A DNA stretch of 64,000 nucleotides, taken from positions 39,990,001-40,054,000 of the forward strand of contig NC_087446.1 of assembly GCF_036321535.1 (NCBI RefSeq), in the 5' to 3' direction. Origin of the DNA: Camelus dromedarius (taxonomy: Eukaryota). Below, in pieces: positions 12,420 through 24,714 of the stretch. Both the position numbers and the translations under genes were made by a program. Numbering within the stretch: the stretch's first letter is position 1; each line of letters starts with the position of its first letter. The notes beneath the pieces were generated by a model, which worked only from the letters and a program-made list of their open reading frames with translations, made no database searches and was not told the DNA's origin.

Positions 12420-12650
12420 AAAATGATAGCTAATTTGTATTGAGCATTAGGCTAGGCTTTTTGCACGCATCTTCTCCTTTGATCCTTCTGACAATGAAAT
12501 AGATATTCTGGTCATGTCTATCTTGTAAATGAGCAAACAGGCTTAGAGAATTAAGTAATATGTCCCAAATCTCTTCACTGGTATGTAGAGGAACTAGGAT
12601 TTGAACCCAGACAGCCTGACTCCAGAGACCAGTCTCTTTCAGTCATTGTT
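12420..12650 (-). mobile_element. MIR SINE
   Basis: gtaaatgagcaaacaggcttagaga...ctaggatttgaacccagacagcctgactccagag. Confidence 0.75.
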
Positions 12651-13464
12651 AGTCTGCCTCCCATCATCAGCATCATCTGACTTTTGTAAAGTTGACATCC
12701 CCTAAACTTAGAAGAGTGAGTAAAGAGCCAGACCTGCCAGCTTGTGAGTGTCCCCAGGTTTAAATGGCGTGCCTCTCACTGGCCGACCTTCTGACCAGAC
12801 CTGTTCCCATGAAATGCATTAATTGCTTTTGAGAGAACCACTTAACCAAGTGTCCTGAATTTTGGCCAGCGGTGATTATGATGGACCACACACGACAGAG
12901 AGGACCTTGACAAATGTCCTTGCTTCACAGAGGACTGAGAGACACACTCGAGTTCATGACGTGAGGTTTCTGATGATTCCATTTTATCTTAGGGATCTCA
13001 GCAACTCATTAAGGATTTGCTTGAATTTAGGCAGAAAATAATGAATCTGTTAAAGAAATATTTTTTTTTCAATTAGAAAGAGAACGTAATTTGGAGGGAT
13101 AGAGTGAGAGCACTATACTTTTAATTTTGTCTATTGCCCTTTAAGGTAAACTCTAAGGAATTGGGTAAAGAAAGAGAAACTGAGTTTTTCTTTAAGTGGT
13201 TTTCCATCGTTCCAGGCAATTCCCCAAAGTACAGTCACCTCTGTTGTAACCCATTTTCAGTTTTAATTGCTTTACAAGCAGAAGCTAGGCTGGTTTTTTT
13301 TTTCTTCTTCAAAGCAAGTAATTTTGGTGTTTCTTTAATTATATGTCCTTATAATTCTTTTATTCTTTAAACATTGGCTAAGCTTACCAAGGAACTTGTA
13401 GACCTTGATGTTTATGCATTAGTATATCTGACTGGTAAAAATGTTAGTGAGGAAATGTAAGGTA

Positions 13465-13632
13465 GCGATTAAGTACTTAGATTTTGGAGTTCCATTCCTG
13501 AGGTTCACAGTTGGCTCTACCTTTTACTAGCTGTGTGATCTTTGGCAAATTACTTAGCCTTTCTGTGCTTTAGTTTCTTACCTATAAAATGGCTATAACA
13601 ACAGTACCCCCATCATAGTTGTTACAAGAATT
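13465..13632 (+). mobile_element. MIR SINE
   Basis: ctctaccttttactagctgtgtgatctttggcaaattacttagcctttctgtgctttagtttc. Confidence 0.75.
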
Positions 13633-13635
13633 CAA

Positions 13636-14042
13636 TGACTATTAGTCAAGATAGGTGAGGTTATGCTGCAGTAACAAATCTCACATCTCAGAAGTTTAAT
13701 GCAACCAAAGTTTAGTTCTAACTCAAGCAAATTCCTCCACAGATCTGGGTGACTCCCAGTGCAGATGCCCTCTGTGTGTTGGCTCAACATATTCCAGGCT
13801 GCTTCAATTTTACAGCCCCTTAATCTCAATGTGCTTCCATGCCGGGGACAGCAGAGAAGACAGATGATGGGGAATTATGTACTGGTCCTCAAAGGCTTCG
13901 ACAGGCAGTGACACAAATCACTTCTGCTTGTATTTCACCGGGGAAAGCAAACCGTATGTAGATGCATAAATTCAAGGTGGTGGAAAGGGCCGAGAAGCAG
14001 AGGGAAAGCAGGAAGATGGGTGAGCAGCAGTATGTCTACCAC
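13636..14042 (-). mobile_element. MLT1J-like ERVL-MaLR solo LTR
   Basis: attagtcaagataggtgaggttatgctgcagtaacaaa...tcacttctgcttgtatttc...tctaccac. Confidence 0.7.
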
Positions 14043-14138
14043 CATATGCACAGTGCTTGTTAGAACTCTGCATGGCACACAGTGAGCATGAAATAAGTAA
14101 GCTCTGGCTGATGGCAGGCACTGCCAAAATACAATTTT

Positions 14139-14723
14139 TTTTAATTGAAGTATAGTTGATTTACAATGTTGTGTTAAGTTTCTAGCGTACAGCATAGTGA
14201 TTCAGTTATACATATATATATATATTCTTTTTCAGTATAATTATTATAAGCTATTGAATATTGTTCCCTGTGCTATACAGTAGGACCTTGTTGTTTATCT
14301 ATTATGTACATAGTAGTTTGTATCTGCTAATCCCAAATTCCTAATTTATCCCTCCCTGCCCACTTTCCCCTTTGGTAACCGTAAGTTTGTCTTCTATGTC
14401 TGTGAGTGTTTTTCTGTTTTATAAATAAGTTCATTTGTGTCATTTTTTTTAAGATTTCACATATAAGTGATATAATATGATATTTGTCTCTCTGTGTCTG
14501 ACTTACTTCACTTAGTGTGATAATCTTTAGAGCCATTCATGTTGTTGCAAATGGCATTATTTCATTCTTTTTTATGGCTGAGTAGTATTCCATTGTATTA
14601 TACACCATATCTTCTTTATCTAATCATCTGCTGAAGGACATTTAGGTTGATTTCATGTCTTGACTACTGTAAATAGCTGCTATGAACACTGGGTGTATGT
14701 ATCTTTTCGAGTTGGAGCTTTAT
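14139..14723 (-). mobile_element. Artiodactyl L1 3' end with 15-bp TSD
   Basis: L1 3'UTR; ORF 14327-14536 MALKIITLSEVSQTQRDKYHIISLICEI; TSD ccaaaata(c/t)aatttt at 14124-14138 and 14724-14738. Confidence 0.92.
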
Positions 14724-14919
14724 CCAAAATATAATTTTGATTTTTATTGAGGTTATTTTTTCTTTCTCTAGATTGTTCCAAAGAATAGCTTCCACACATT
14801 CAAAGAGGCCCAAATAGATTCCCCTGGTGGGTAGTAGATGTAGCTGCTGTCACAGTGGTTACTTTAGTGCCCTGCCACTTAGTAGATGGCACACATTTGA
14901 AAGGTAGCATTAGTTGTGT

Positions 14920-15360
14920 TTGCGAACACAGTTCTCACAGGCTTAGAGTCAAGTGGACTTGCATTTGAATCCCAGAACCAACACCTACTGAGTGAGTATG
15001 AGCTTGACTATGTGATTTAACCTTTCCAGGACTCAGTGACTTCACAGTTAAAATGTGAAGTCTAATTAACTAATTTTGTTAATCATTGTTTTTTCATATT
15101 TTATTATATCCTTTTTAATGCCCTTCTTTTATTTTTCATTCTTGTATCTTTCATTCTTTTATCTTTTATGGCAAAATTGCCTTACAGCCAACTAGTTATG
15201 CAGGAAAATGTTGGTGGCAAAGAAGTTTACAGAGATAATACGGGACCCAGAGGAACAATTTCCTGAAACCTCAGCTTGCTCATCTGTGAAATGGGAATAA
15301 TAATACTAATTTTTAGAGCTTTTTAGATCACATATGTGGACACTTAATGCACAGAGTAAA
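14920..15360 (+). mobile_element. MIR SINE split into two parts (about 14920-15060 and 15270-15360)
   Basis: agagtcaagtggacttgcatttgaatccc... and cctcagcttgctcatctgtgaaatgggaataataatac. Confidence 0.55.
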
Positions 15361-16874
15361 CACCAATTTTTTTTTCTTTTTCCTCTTCTCTCCACCTGCT
15401 TCAAATTATGTCAGATTTTGATCCTGATCTAGCTGTAGGGGAACCATTTGGGATAACTTCAACTCTTCCTTGCTTCGCAAGGCTCTTCAGGAGTAAATGA
15501 GCTGATGTAAACATCCACCAATGTGGTTGCATAGCAGCTGCTCAGTAAATGTTGGTTTCCATCATCCTCCCACCCACCCCATCCCATCCTGTCTTCTTAC
15601 CACAGCATTATTCCCATGATGAGATGGAATTGCAGACATCGGGGATGGAGTTGTTTCACAACTTGGGTGGGTCCAGCTTGACACTGCACACATCTCAACA
15701 GACAACTGCCCATTCCACCTGCTGCAGTGAACTGATCCACCACAAAGTGAAAGGTTAGACTTCACTCACAAACAGGTAGCATTCATGGATTCGACTGCCA
15801 CTGAAGGAATACTAGCAGCCAGCAACCGCCTCACTTTAAGATTGACCAACAGTCAGCTGAGGTGCCTGCGGGTACCCGTGGGAGCTGATGAACACAAAGT
15901 GAGGCTAATGCGTCATGAGAACACACCACACATCCTTGATAACATTGCTGCCACCAGCACCTTTTCACACTCCAGCTCCTAGAAGGCTTCTGAGAATGTG
16001 CCGCCGCCTCTCTGAAGCCCTTTCCTCCCCTTCCCAGCTGGTTGGCTGCTCCTTGCTTTGTGCCCCACTTGAACCCCTGGTCAGTATCTATCAGTGAGCT
16101 TCAGGAGGAGAACTGGATCTAATTCATTTTGGCACCCCAGGCACTAGCACACAGTAGGCAGTTAACAGATGATTATTGATTGAATAATTTCAGGAGGAAA
16201 TCAGGGACCTTGAAAACAATGGTTTTCCAGAGAAAACATCTTACATAAGCTCTTGGATGTAAGTGAGTCTCCTGGGAAGAGAAGAGTGAATATTTTCCTT
16301 CTCTTCTAATGTCTTTTTTAAAAAAGAAAGAAAAGGAAAGTAAAAAAGGAAAACCTTACCACGAGGAAATTCTGCAGGGTACCATTTGAGGCTGCAGAAA
16401 AGGTTCAGTGATTGAATAGTCATGCCTGCTGGGGAGAGGGCAGGGAGGAGGGCAGCACTTACGCCTGACAGCTGCCGTCTCTCTTAAACCTTTAACTAGC
16501 GACCAAATTAGTGAAAATGCAGCTTAAACAGTGAAGTATGGCCTTTTCTTCAACCTTTAGTTGGGATATTTAGCAAATGTGTTTTACTATTAAAATGAAA
16601 ATGGGGTGGAAAATAGACTTCATTTTATAATCCATATTGAGCATATATTGCTACCCTATCAACAGAAAAGATTCTTTTAATGAATGAGAAGGAATGCAGC
16701 CTCCTACACCTAAATGACTCATGATTCTTTCTGGCTAGAAAGGGATCTGATGATAGTCCTGGAGACAAGAAGGACGGACATTGCTTGTACACCAAAGGCC
16801 TCCTATAGGGGTAGGCCAGTGTCCTGGGTAATCCTTGGCCTTAAAACCAGAATACCAATGTTTTCCTCCCAACT

Positions 16875-17860
16875 TGCTTTTAATTGAAAATTTTCAAACC
16901 TACCAAGAAGTTGAAGGACTAGTACAGTGAATACCTGTATATCCTTTATCTTTGCCTTGATTCACCAACTGTTGGCATTTTGTCACATTTGTATGCCCCA
17001 TCCCTTTCCCTCTCTTTACACATACACATGCATGTACATTTCTGTTTTGCTGAATCATTTAACAGTAAGTTTCAGGTAGCATGACATTGCACCCCTAATC
17101 TTCACCCCAAATACTTCCTCTGCCTTTCCTGACAACATAGACATTCTCCTACATAATTATAAGACCATTATCACAATCAAGAGGTTTAACATTAGTATGA
17201 TAATAATATCACACCTCAGAAAATTAATAGTAATTCAGTAATATTATCTACTCTTCAGTCCTTATTTAATTTTCCTGAAAAGGCTCAAGAATGACTTTTA
17301 TAACTTAGGAACCAGTGCATTACATTTGATTGTTCTATATCTTTAGTCCCTTTAAATTGAGAACAGTTCCCCTGCCTTTTTATGTTTTCATGACAGAACT
17401 GTTTTTGAAGAAAAACAGACCACGTGTCTCATGGAAGGGCCTACATTCTGGATTTGTCTGATGGTTTCCTCATGGTTAAAGTAAAATGAAATCTGTTTGG
17501 CAGGAATACCCACAGGTGTTACTGTGTACGTGCCAATGCATCCGTTTGGGAGCACGTAACATCAGGCTGTCCCACAGCTGGAGACGCTAAGTTTGATTTC
17601 TTGTTTAAAGGTAGTGACAGTGAGATCTCACCATCGTAAAGATATATTTTCCCTTTGTGACTATCAGTCTGTGAGTGCTAATTTGAGAGCACATGAATAT
17701 CCTGTTCTCCGACAATCTTCCTCCCAGAAGTCTTAGCTTCTGTTGATGATCCTTACCTGAGTCAGTTATTACACTGAGGATTGCAAAATGGTGATGTTCT
17801 AGTTCTGTTGTTCCTTCCATATTGATTAGCTTGAATTCCAGAAAACTGTGAATTGATTCC
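16875..17860 (-). mobile_element. L1MC-like 3'UTR fragment
   Basis: aaaattttcaaacctaccaagaagttgaaggactagtacagtgaatacc...cacctcagaaaattaatagtaattc...caaaatggtgatgttctagttct. Confidence 0.75.
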
Positions 17861-18084
17861 TTACCTTCTTTGAGCTTTATCCTACTTATCTATATAAAGA
17901 GCATAATAAAAGAGCATTGATGTGGGATTAATCTTGATAATGAATATGAAAGAATCTCACGTTACATATTTGCCAATTTAAAGGAATTACTATTATTTAC
18001 ATTCTAGGAGGGGGGTGCCTCAAATAAAATGAATGCATTTATCTAAATTGGTGGTTTTTAAAAGAAAATGAATGAGTAAAGAAG

Positions 18085-18400
18085 CGTATAAGCAGTTCAG
18101 TTCAATTCAGCAAATATTTATAAGCTTCTGCTGTGTGCCTGACACCTTACTAGGCATGGAGATAAATAGCTAGATACCCTGAGTTAATTCTGTGCCTGAG
18201 GGAAAGAAGATGGGTTAAATAGAGATGACTGGAAGAAAAATTAATTTACTAATCAGTTAACTAATTCACTCACTCATCATTTTATTCAGTCAGTATACAT
18301 TTCATGAGTTGCTGGAGATATAAAGTCAAATAATCCCTGGTCCCTGCCCAGGAGAGCCAATAGTCTGGTAAAGAGACTTGAAGCTTCTCCCTGGGGCATC
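18085..18400 (-). mobile_element. Two L2 3' fragments
   Basis: ttcagcaaatatttataagcttctgctgtgtgcc; ccctggtccctgcccaggagagccaatagtctgg. Confidence 0.5.
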
Positions 18401-19149
18401 CCCTGAATTCATAGTCAGGTTTGCCTGACTTCAAGCCCAGCCCCTTTACACTACACCAAGGAAAGAAAATGATGGTAGGGACCCTCTCTGGTGAACTGTG
18501 TGGGCTGTGCTGTGTTTGTCTCTCAAGTGTGTCTTGTACAGTCATTGATGTAATGTGTCTATACAGTGGATTTCCAAGCCAGCCTACTCCTGACCCCCAC
18601 GTCCTCCAGGAACACAGCAAATTCACGCTGAAAGCCTTGCATCATCTCCTGCAGGTACAGGCCTGAGCATGACTTGCTGGCTCGCCCACTTGGCCATTCT
18701 AGCTGCCCATTCATTTGTCCTCAACTGAGATCATTTCAGGAATGGGGCTCGCTCTTCACGTGGGAGGACACAGATCAGCAAAGCCATTGATTGGTGCCAT
18801 TCAGTTCTTGCCTCTTCAGTCAGCTTGTTCCCTGCTCTGTTCCCTCACAGAGGCACCTTTCTTAGATCACAGAGAAATGGGATATTGGCAATAGCTGTTG
18901 TGGCTGTAATCTTTGTACCAAGGAAGCGTGGTAACCAGGGAGGTTGTGAGGTCTGTCTGGGTCAATTAAAACTTGGTGGGGAAAGGGAAACCCTGTGCTT
19001 ACAGAGCTGATTGGCATAAAACGCATACCAAACCCAACAGGAAAGTTATTTACACCTCTTACCCTCTTCTTTTCTTTTTGGATCTCAGATATAATAGAGA
19101 GTTGAGTAATTCATACTCATAAGTTTATAGAAGTTTCATCATGATCAAT

Positions 19150-20800
19150 GCTAGGTTCTTTCTTGTTTTAGTTCTTAATTTTTTTCTATTCATCTCTGAT
19201 CTCAGCTCCCCTCTAGGTACCCATCTAAGGTGTTTATTAATATAATAATACTCTGGAACATGTATGTGTCTGTAAAAAATACAGTGTTGCCTTGTGTGTG
19301 AGTATTAATGATTTATAGGAAGGATATTGTGCCAAGGAGTCTGTTCTGTTGTTACCATTTTCCTCCATGTTCTCACTATGATTTTAGGATCTATCCATGT
19401 TGTTGGCTGTATATCTAGTTTGTTGCTTCTAACAGCTGCATAGTTGTATCAATCAAGGTAGGCTAAGTTATGCTACAGTAACACCACCAAATTCTTAATG
19501 GCTTAAAATGTTAAAGGTTTACTGCTTGGCTGTACTATGAATCCATCAGCCCAGTAGGAACTTTGCTTCCCACCTCACTCAGATTGTAGGCTGATGGGGC
19601 CTCCACCATTCACCATGGCAGGGAAAGAGAAAGTGGCAAATCACTCACTGGCTCATAAAAGCTTTGTCCAGAAGGTGACAAATAACACACTGGTCCACAA
19701 GTGGCCCAAACAAGTCACACAGCCATTTCTGAGTTCATAAGGGGTGAGAAGTGCAAGTCTACCCTGAGTCTAGAAGGAGGAAAACTGGAAATAATTGGTG
19801 AAAGGCACTAATAACTACCACATAGTAGGTTCCTACCGTATTTTGCATTTATCCATCCTTTAGGGATAGGCAGCTAGTTGCTTGCAATTCCCTACTACCA
19901 CAAGCAGTGCTGCCATGAATAGTCTTTGCTTATCCCCTTATGGACCTGTGCAGATATCTCACTGAGCTCTGTCCCCCAGCATGGGTTTGTTGGGTCATAG
20001 GATTTATCTGTACTTAGTTTCAGTAGTCACTCCAGATGAATCTCTTGAATGGCTACACCAGTCGAGACTCCCACCAGCAGTGTGTGTGTTCCCATTTACT
20101 CATATCCTCTCCAATATTCCTTATTATTCAGCATTCTAATTTTGCCAGTCTGTTGGGTATAATGAGGAACCTCGTAGTTGCTTTCATTTTCATTTCTCTT
20201 ATTGCCAGTGAATTTGAGCATTTCCTATATATCTGTTGAGCATACTGGCATTCTACTTTCTAGTTTTGTGAACTGCCTATTCATATTCACAGACCATTTT
20301 TCTGTTGTTTTTCCTGTTGATTTATTGATGTTTCTTAAGTAGCTAAATGTTAATCCTTTGTTGGGTTTAGACATTGCAAATATCTGTATCTTTTCCCACT
20401 ATGCCATGTCTCTGTTAACTTTGTCCATAGTGACTTTTTTTAAATGGAAGCCCTTCATTTTGTTGTAATCAAATCCAACTCTTTTTTTTTTTTTTTTTTT
20501 TTTTGCTTTATGGTTTGTGCTTTTGGGATGTTATTTAGCTGGTCCTTCCATACCCTAAGCTCATGAAAATAGTCTCTCACATTTTCTTCTCTTAGCTTCA
20601 TTGTTTTTCCCCCTACATGTTTGTTTTTTATTCATTTGGAGTCTACCTCTCTATATGGTGTATGGAAGGGATCCAAATTCATTTAGTGAGTCAGTTTTCT
20701 CAACATTATTAAAGAATCAATCAGTCCTTTCTCCACTGATAGAGGATGCAGCCTTTATCATAAATCAAGTTCTTCTGTGCATGGGTTTGTTTCTGTTCTG
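19150..20800 (-). mobile_element. L1ME-like fragment interrupted by an MLT1 LTR
   Basis: ggatctatccatgttgttggctgtatatctag...ttgctttcattttcatttctcttattgccagtgaatttgagcattt. Confidence 0.7.
19445..19822 (-). mobile_element. MLT1I/J-like solo LTR nested in L1ME
   Basis: tgtatcaatcaaggtaggctaagttatgctacagtaaca ... ataactaccaca; tagt flanks both ends. Confidence 0.75.
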
Positions 20801-20838
20801 AGCTCTCTGAACCTTACCATTCAAAAACAAAAGCAGAA

Positions 20839-20937
20839 AAATAAAATAAATAAAATAAAATAAAATAAATTTAGTGTGTTCATATAATTAAAACAAGGTG
20901 GATAATAAATTTGAAAATTAAAATATATATAAAAAAG
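20839..20937 (+). other. 99-bp AT-rich insertion flanked by a 14-bp direct repeat (putative TSD)
   Basis: aaacaaaagcagaa at 20825-20838 and 20938-20951; (TAAAA)n at start, AATAAA at 20904-20909, A-rich end. Confidence 0.6.
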
Positions 20938-21059
20938 AAACAAAAGCAGAACAAAGTTTTTGTTTTGCACAGTTTGTATGCTGTGCTCTGTGCAAGGGAG
21001 CCTTGATGATTTCCTGTAATGCTGAGAGATGGTGAGGCATAATGAAACAAACAGGGATC

Positions 21060-21235
21060 TTGGGGGTCAGATGAACTTGCACTTAGTCCTTGCTCCACCA
21101 CTTCCCAGCCTTGCGGACTTGAGCAACTTCCTCAACCCCTCTGAGCCTCCATTTCTTCATCTGTAAAACAGGGATGATTATATGCACTTACTAAGTTTGT
21201 TGTAAGACTTAACTGCTATAATATATATGAATGTA
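21060..21235 (+). mobile_element. MIR SINE
   Basis: acttcctcaacccctctgagcctccatttcttcatctgtaaaacagggatgatt. Confidence 0.8.
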
Positions 21236-23739
21236 ACAGTAAATATTATTTCCCCTCTGATCATCATCATCAGAAATGACTTCAATGATGCTCTGAGCTG
21301 TTTCCCCAGGTCTTACCAAGGTGTGGGTATAAGCGGGGAACATGTTACCTCTAATCCCCAAAGTGTCATTGCCTCTTGCCCTCACAGCTAATTAATCCAC
21401 GGCTTCCACTTAGTTATTTCTGGTATCTCCATGGTGTCCCACGTGGGCTCACGAAAGCGTCTGTTGGCCTTTTCCCAGCACCTCTGTGGGTACCACCGAG
21501 GTTTCTGTGGAGCATCTGCTCTTCCCAGCCCCACGAGGCTCTAAGACAGGGTTTTGGCACCTGGTAGATGCTTAGCAAGGAATGTTGAACGAGGCATCAG
21601 AATGCTCGTCTTGCCCGGCCATTTCTGGACTTGGGCTTCAGGAACACATCGTATTTCTGCTTGACTCCCCTTCCTTTTACAGCCCTTTTTCCTGAAATGA
21701 AAATAAAAATAAAAATAAAATAAAGCAAGGTCTTTGAGCCACAGGTTTGAGGGCAGCACCAATGGCTTCACAACCAGGCTCTGGGCTGGGCAGCCTATTG
21801 GAGATGCTCAGCCTGTGCTACTGGAAATAGTTTAGTGTAAAGGCTGCACAGAGCTGATTCTGTGGAGGCACTTTTTGGGGGCTGCCTTTTTAAAAAGGCC
21901 CAAGTCCTTTTTTTGGAAACTTTTGTGTTTTAAGCTTTTGATCTGTTGGTTGCAGCTCTGTTCTGTCCCCTTCTTTCCTGAGCCTTGCAGGGCTGTCACT
22001 CTAGGTGAGAGGACAGAGCAATTCCTCTTGACTTACACAGTGGCCAACAAGGGTGACCGCCTCCTCCCAATATGGCCACCCTCAGAGGGTGCACCTCTGG
22101 GGGGAATCCACCTGGCCCTCCTCCCCTCCTCTCCTTTCCCATTGTTTGTGTTTTGAAGTTTTGCTGGCACAGCAACTCCCAAACACTCTCCCCTTTCACT
22201 TGGTGATATTAATAAAGCAATTCCATCTCTCTCTAGATCCTGAGGCCTGTGCACTGCCGTTGGCTCATTCCCAGCTTGACTAGCAAGCAGGAAGATCAAT
22301 CTGGAGCTTTGTTGTGTCAGAATCTGACTAAATCCCATCTCTGGGTTGCCGCTGCCAGGCTGACAGAGTTCTTCAAACAGCCTTAAAATAGGGCTGTGGA
22401 CAGAATCCCAGAGAAAGGAGACTTAGGAAGTTGGCCCCAAACCTGTTGCTGAACAGCCTTGTGAAGGACTGAGCAGTAGCAGAAGGACATCTTGCCTTGT
22501 CTGGTCAGGCCCTGGGAAGGAAGGATTTGACTGGCAAATCCAGTTCTGGAAAGAGATTTCACTGTTCTCCTGGCAGACTCCTCCGGATGGCTTCCCGTGG
22601 AGCTCTGGGGAGAGGAGAGGAGGGCGGATGGGCTTGGCGGGGGTTGTAGGCTGGATTGGGAAGGGGCCCTCAGTCCAGAATTTGGCCCTCTGATTTTAAG
22701 TGATAATGCCTTGGCTGAGTCTTTTGCAGTTAATCTTTTAGTAGCAGAGAATTCCTTGTTCTTTCTCTTATTTATTAAAAACTCCTAGAGTTAAAGAGGT
22801 ATATAAATGTATACGCAACTGTGAAATTGAGTTTTTTTTTTACTGCTCCTCCCTTTCCACTTTAATAGTGTAACATATTTATTATATTTCTATGTTAAGT
22901 ATTAAAAGGAAGGACACAATTCACTATTAAAGCTACATTTCCTCTTATTTGGTCTCCACTTAAGCTTGGATGGCAAAAAAAAAAAACTTGGAACGTCTGC
23001 CACTTGGCTTCTTTGTTCATGGCAGACCCAAGAAATTGAGCATGGCACTTTTCTTCATGAGCTCATATAGGGCTTCAGAATCCTTCTTAACACTGTTCTA
23101 GGCAACCACTATTGATGAGAGCTGTCATGTGAGATGAAGACTGTATGCTACCCTGCCTTACATGTAGTCATCTATTCTTCATAATTCCTTGTTTACTCTC
23201 TCAGTTGATACTTTGTACCTTATATTATCAATTAGACAGATGTTTTAACTTTTCTACGCTCCCTGTAATTTGCTTGAGAGAGGAGTCTGTGCTTGATTTC
23301 ATTTTTGCATTGTCCTAGCTCTGCCATTTGGTCATCTTCAATAACTACTTGTTGGATCAATGAATGGGTATGTCTTCTTATGAAGACTCCCTCCTCAGTG
23401 ATACTTATCCTTATATTCTCTCTCCTGAACTGAATGAAAGCCAATCAACAATTATAAAATGAAAACTGAAAGCACTTTTAAACCCATTTCCTGCCCCAAA
23501 CCAGAACAAAGTGGGGACAATTTGTCTTATGCAAATTTCATAGTGCAAGAAACTGCCTGCCCGGAGCCAAAATACAGTTCAGCTTGGCGTCTCCTTCAGT
23601 TTAGTTCCATCAAGTGTGTTGGCACCAAGAGGTTGCATACAAGGGCATGACCTGTGTTCTCAAAGAGTACACCATCTCTGGGGGTCATAAGAGGACCACA
23701 CAACTAACTCAGTTGTCCCAGTGACTTTCTGACCTCGTC

Positions 23740-24330
23740 TCTGACCATTCACTCCATGTTCACTGCACTCCAGCTGCATGGACCCCCTGTTTCACCTGAG
23801 GATGCACGTGTGCCCTGCCTAGGGCCTTTGCCCATCACAGCTACTGGTTCACGCCTCACTTTCCTCTGGTCTTCTCTCAATGTCCCTTTTTGCCCCCAGT
23901 GACTGCATCACTCTTTCCTCTTGTCCTATTTTATTTTTCTCCTTAGTGCTTTGTACCAACAGGCCCCTACATGTTCATTTGCTATTTGTCCGTTATCTGT
24001 TCACTGTTCTGGGATGTGAACTCAAGGAACACTGGCCTGTTCAGTGCACTGCTGAATCTCCAGGGCCTAGGGTATGGTTTCTCAGCCTCTTCACTATTGA
24101 CAGTTTGGACCAGATAATTCCCCATTGTCGGGGCTGCCCTATGCATTGTAAGATGTGGAGCGGCGTCCCTGGCCTCCACCCACGAGATACCGGCAGCACT
24201 GCCCTCCTCCAAGTCATGACAATTAAGAATGTCTCCAGACGTTGCTAAATGTTCCCTGTGGGAGCGACAACATCGCACCACTGGCCTAGAAACATTTAGC
24301 ACATAGTAAACATGAATGTGTATCGACAGA
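23740..24330 (+). mobile_element. L2 3' end interrupted by MER20
   Basis: cactgcactccagctgcatgg...agggcctttgccc...ttcagtgcactgctgaatctccagggcctag|aaacatttagcacatagtaaac. Confidence 0.7.
24072..24283. mobile_element. MER20 hAT-Charlie MITE, near full length
   Basis: tggtttctcagcctcttcactattgacagtttgg...aagaatgtctccagacgttgctaaatgttccc...ccactg; gcctag flanks both sides (hAT-type TSD remnant). Confidence 0.88.
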
Positions 24331-24345
24331 CTGAATTTGATGCCT

Positions 24346-24443
24346 ATTTTTTGTTTTGTTTTTTAACTGGAGGTACTGGGGATTGAACCCAGGACCTCTT
24401 GTGTGCTAAGCACATGCTCTACCATGGAGCTATTATCCTCCCC
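24346..24443 (-). mobile_element. tRNA-Ala-derived camelid SINE (Vic-1-like), short form
   Basis: Reverse complement ggggaggataatagctccatggtagagcatgtgcttagcacacaagaggtcctgggttcaatccccagtacctcca plus A-rich tail. Confidence 0.85.
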
Positions 24444-24714
24444 TGAAAGATTGAATGAACTCAGAATTTATTCACACTCCTACCATGTGCCAGGCACCAT
24501 GAAAGTTTCACTCCCATTGACTGTTGCATCTGGTGCAGGTAGAGCAATTCTCACCTTGTGGGATGATGATAAGGTCTAGGAATAATATCCACAAAGCATC
24601 TGAAGCAGTTCTGGACACTTGGTAGTAGGTGCTTATTAATACAGGGCAACTATGATATTATACAGAGACCCAGACTTGACCCCTGTTTGCCCTTTCAGGC
24701 TTATCACTCCTAAT

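Noticed and set aside
18556-18655. Possible + strand exon (tatacag|...ctgcag|gtacag) with one open frame
   Set aside because: Weak polypyrimidine tract, unrecognised peptide and no partner exons
21884-21899. 16-bp perfect palindrome gcctttttaaaaaggc
   Set aside because: About one such palindrome is expected by chance in a window this size
24346-24443. tRNA-Ala(AGC)-like sequences as real tRNA genes (also 25340-25415 and 61099-61175)
   Set aside because: Stems are mismatched, A-rich SINE tails are present and one copy has a TSD; these are SINE heads
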